From assembly GCA_965217585.1 (NCBI GenBank), contig OZ244561.1, positions 5,920,001 through 5,984,000 of the forward strand: 64,000 nt of DNA, given 5' to 3'. The DNA is from Candidatus Latescibacterota bacterium. Lineage in GTDB: Bacteria > Latescibacterota > UBA2968 > UBA8231. Every line of letters starts with the position of its first letter. Position 1 is the stretch's first letter. Under the pieces are notes generated by a model. It searched no databases. It was not told the DNA's origin and saw nothing but the letters and a program-made list of their open reading frames with translations. This document shows, piece after piece, positions 61,700 to 64,000 of this stretch. Both the position numbers and the translations under genes were made by a program.

Positions 61700-61754
61700 A
61701 TCTTCACTCTCCGTTTCCGCAATAGTCCGGCTCGCCTTTTATTCAATATTCGCC

Positions 61755-62549
61755 TCAAACCCTCCCAGGAAAAGACCGTCCTCGCACCTGCTTAAAGGGA
61801 GGCATCTTGGGCGCGTCGGTGACCGCTTCGTCGCGCCAGGAAGCCGCGCGCATGTAGTGCACGGCATAGCCCCTGCGCCGCGTACCGGTCCGATTGGCGT
61901 TGCTCTGGTGCAGCGTCAGGCTGTGGTGGAAGCTGATGCTGCCGGGGCGGAGGGGAGCGGGTCGGATGGGCCAGCCGCCGCTTTTTAGGTCGGCGACAAA
62001 AGGGGCCAAGCGCTCGCCCCGCAACATGCCCCAGCGATGGGTGCCCGGGGCGAAGTTGAGGCAGCCGTTGTCGAGGGTGGCCGCGTCAATGGCGGTCCAG
62101 GCGGAGACCAAGTCCATGGGGAAAATATCGCGCCAAGAGGCCGAGTCTTGGTGCCAGCCCTGTGCCGTACCCGTGCGCGGAGCTTTCATAAAAAGCTGGT
62201 CGCCATACAGCTTAATGTCGTCGGTGCCGAGCAGGTCGGCGGCGATATCGGCGATTTTGGGGTGGGTGACGTGGGCCCACATTACGTCGTCGTACACTGC
62301 TATGCTGTACAATTTGCGCACGGCCAGCACTTGGTCGGTGACGGCTTTTTCGCCGCGGCGGAAGACGGGTTCGAGCTGGATGCTGGTGTCGGGGATGTGG
62401 TCTAGCTCGCCGGCGGCAATGCGGTCAGTATGGGCCGCTAAAGCGGCTACCTCGTCGGGGGTCAGCACATCTTCGACGGTCAGACAGCCGTCGAGATAGA
62501 AGCGCTCTACTTGGTCAGGGGTGAGGTGGCGCAGGTTTTGTTGGGTCAC
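61755..62549 (-). CDS. PhyH family Fe/2OG oxygenase
   Basis: WHQDS, NGCLNFAPGTH, TLHQS, RRG; GTG start overlapping the upstream stop. Confidence 0.9.
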   Translation of the reverse strand: MTQQNLRHLTPDQVERFYLDGCLTVEDVLTPDEVAALAAHTDRIAAGELDHIPDTSIQLEPVFRRGEKAVTDQVLAVRKLYSIAVYDDVMWAHVTHPKIADIAADLLGTDDIKLYGDQLFMKAPRTGTAQGWHQDSASWRDIFPMDLVSAWTAIDAATLDNGCLNFAPGTHRWGMLRGERLAPFVADLKSGGWPIRPAPLRPGSISFHHSLTLHQSNANRTGTRRRGYAVHYMRAASWRDEAVTDAPKMPPFKQVRGRSFPGRV

Positions 62550-63451
62550 GGGACGGTCTCCTCCTTCAGTATAGACCGATAATTCTCCGCCCAAGCTTTG
62601 AGCGGAATATCCTCGTCTTGGGGCCGCCAGTAGCGCGACACCGGCAGCACCAAGGGGTCGTCGCCCGCATAGTCCGTGCTGCCGGTGCCCAACTCGCCCA
62701 AAAGCTGACGCCGCACCGGGTCGCATCCTTGCAAGACTTCTGGGGCTTGGTGCTCGTAATCCGAGGGGCGGATCCAGCGGTGCTGATAGCCGTAGTACAG
62801 GCATTTGCGCGGTTGGTCGGACAGATTGGGGGTCAAGCAGTGGTACAAGGCCGTGCGCCATACCAGCGCGGTGCCGGGGGCGACGTTGACTTCGACAATG
62901 CGCGCGGGATCGACGCGGCGCGCATTGTCGTCAATCCACGGCGATTGGCGATGGCTGCCGCGCACAACGCAAATGGCACCGCTCAACGGTTGGGTCAGGT
63001 CAGTTAAATAATAGCCGACCTTCATCTCCATAAAGGGCAGTACCCCATCGACAGCGGGCCAGCCGTAGTTGGGGCCGTCGGCGTGCCAGGGGAAAAAACT
63101 GTCCGGGGCACCCAACTCATGCTCGCCGTCGGCGGGATCTTGCGGCGGGCGCACATCGAGGTGCGACGTGCGGAGCTGGATATTGTAGCCCATCAGGTCC
63201 ACAACCAGAGGTAAAACGGGCGGATAGTCTACCAACTCCTTAAAGAGGGAATCAGCCGCAATATTGCGCATCTGAAAGGCTTGGCGGGGACCGATATTGC
63301 GCTCCCGTCGGTAGCGGTCGTACACCTCGTCGAGCCGTTGCAATAGAACAGCGATGCGGTCGGGTGGTAGGGCGTCTTCGACGAGAAAGAAGCCGTCTTC
63401 GTCGAATTGCCGCTGTTGTTCGGGGGTGATCTTTAAGGTGGTTTTGCTCAT
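62546..63451 (-). CDS. PhyH family Fe/2OG oxygenase
   Basis: WHADG, GAICVVRGSH, LYHC, RK. Confidence 0.9.
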   Translation of the reverse strand: MSKTTLKITPEQQRQFDEDGFFLVEDALPPDRIAVLLQRLDEVYDRYRRERNIGPRQAFQMRNIAADSLFKELVDYPPVLPLVVDLMGYNIQLRTSHLDVRPPQDPADGEHELGAPDSFFPWHADGPNYGWPAVDGVLPFMEMKVGYYLTDLTQPLSGAICVVRGSHRQSPWIDDNARRVDPARIVEVNVAPGTALVWRTALYHCLTPNLSDQPRKCLYYGYQHRWIRPSDYEHQAPEVLQGCDPVRRQLLGELGTGSTDYAGDDPLVLPVSRYWRPQDEDIPLKAWAENYRSILKEETVP

Positions 63452-63470
63452 TGGACGATCCTTTAAGACG

Positions 63471-64000
63471 CTACTTCCAGATGCAAAAGCCGCCGTCCAC
63501 CACCAAGTTGTGACCGGTTATATAGTCGGCGGCGGGCGAGGCCAAAAAGCGCACCGCTCCTTTCAGATCCATGCCGTCGCGGCCCATGCGGCCCAAGGCG
63601 GTGGCTTCGCTATACGCGTCGATAAAGGCCTGGGGCTGGCCGCGCTCAAAGCCACCAGGCGAAATGGCGTTGACCCGCACTCCCATAGGAGCCAAATAGG
63701 CGGCCGCGTCCATCGTCAGGCCGATGACGCCGGCTTTGGCTGCGGCGTAGTCAACCGGTTGCGGTTGCAAGCCGCTGCGCTGGTACATGCGGCGGTCGCG
63801 GCCCACCAGACCGGCGATGGAGGCGATATTGATAATGGAGCCCGAGCCTTGGTCGGCCATGATGCGGCCGAAGATTTGGCAGGAGAACAGGGGGCCGGTC
63901 AAATTGGTATCGATGAGCAGGCGGGCGTCTTCGGGTTTGCGCGCGAATAAGTCGGTGGTGCTCAGCTCCAAGCCGCCGCCGGCGTTGTTGACCACCACAT
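63471..64000 (-). CDS. SDR family oxidoreductase, 5'-partial
   Basis: VNNAG, IINIAS, YAAAK (YxxxK), RVNAISPG, ITGHNLVVDGG. Confidence 0.92.
   Translation of the reverse strand, partial: VVVNNAGGGLELSTTDLFARKPEDARLLIDTNLTGPLFSCQIFGRIMADQGSGSIINIASIAGLVGRDRRMYQRSGLQPQPVDYAAAKAGVIGLTMDAAAYLAPMGVRVNAISPGGFERGQPQAFIDAYSEATALGRMGRDGMDLKGAVRFLASPAADYITGHNLVVDGGFCIWK

Noticed and set aside
62550-62861. N-terminal extension of PhyH ORF 61755-62861, and similar extensions at 6916, 7380, 33254, 36098 and 58042
   Set aside because: They overlap neighbouring real genes or relics; high-GC shadow frames

Overview
High-GC bacterial window with no rRNA, tRNA or CRISPR. Its gene content (seven PhyH-family Fe/2OG dioxygenases, two UxuA-like dehydratases, an FG-GAP protein, many toxin-antitoxin remnants) resembles sponge-symbiont lineages such as Poribacteria/Latescibacteria; that assignment is inference only. 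Main blocks: (1) 1-9.8 kb metabolic genes plus an intact vapBC-type pair; (2) 9.8-17.8 kb YtrA/GntR-ABC module flanked by two paralogous repeat-containing TlpA redoxins, the second broken by a nonsense codon; (3) cytochrome c-YceI-beta-barrel triad, ABC/MFS transporters, and typA-deaD with a terminator in its leader; (4) 28.0-33.8 kb dedicated chaperone operon (large TPR-like protein, HPP-type J protein, GrpE, Hsp70, Zn-ribbon/TPR protein); (5) 41-44 kb PhyH cluster, in which two enzymes lack the Fe-binding carboxylate (halogenase-like); (6) 45.0-61.7 kb defence island (DUF499 ATPase, DUF1156 methylase, SNF2-DUF3883 helicase, plus DUF488x2/dual-OB, HATPase-STAS-PIN and AAA-nuclease cassettes). 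In the island, three predicted nuclease effectors are each disrupted (81-bp MITE, HEPN deletion, PIN deletion) while the methylase is intact. The island is flanked by a decayed direct copy of the neighbouring PhyH genes whose differences are mostly synonymous. Family names come from motif recognition, not database searches.
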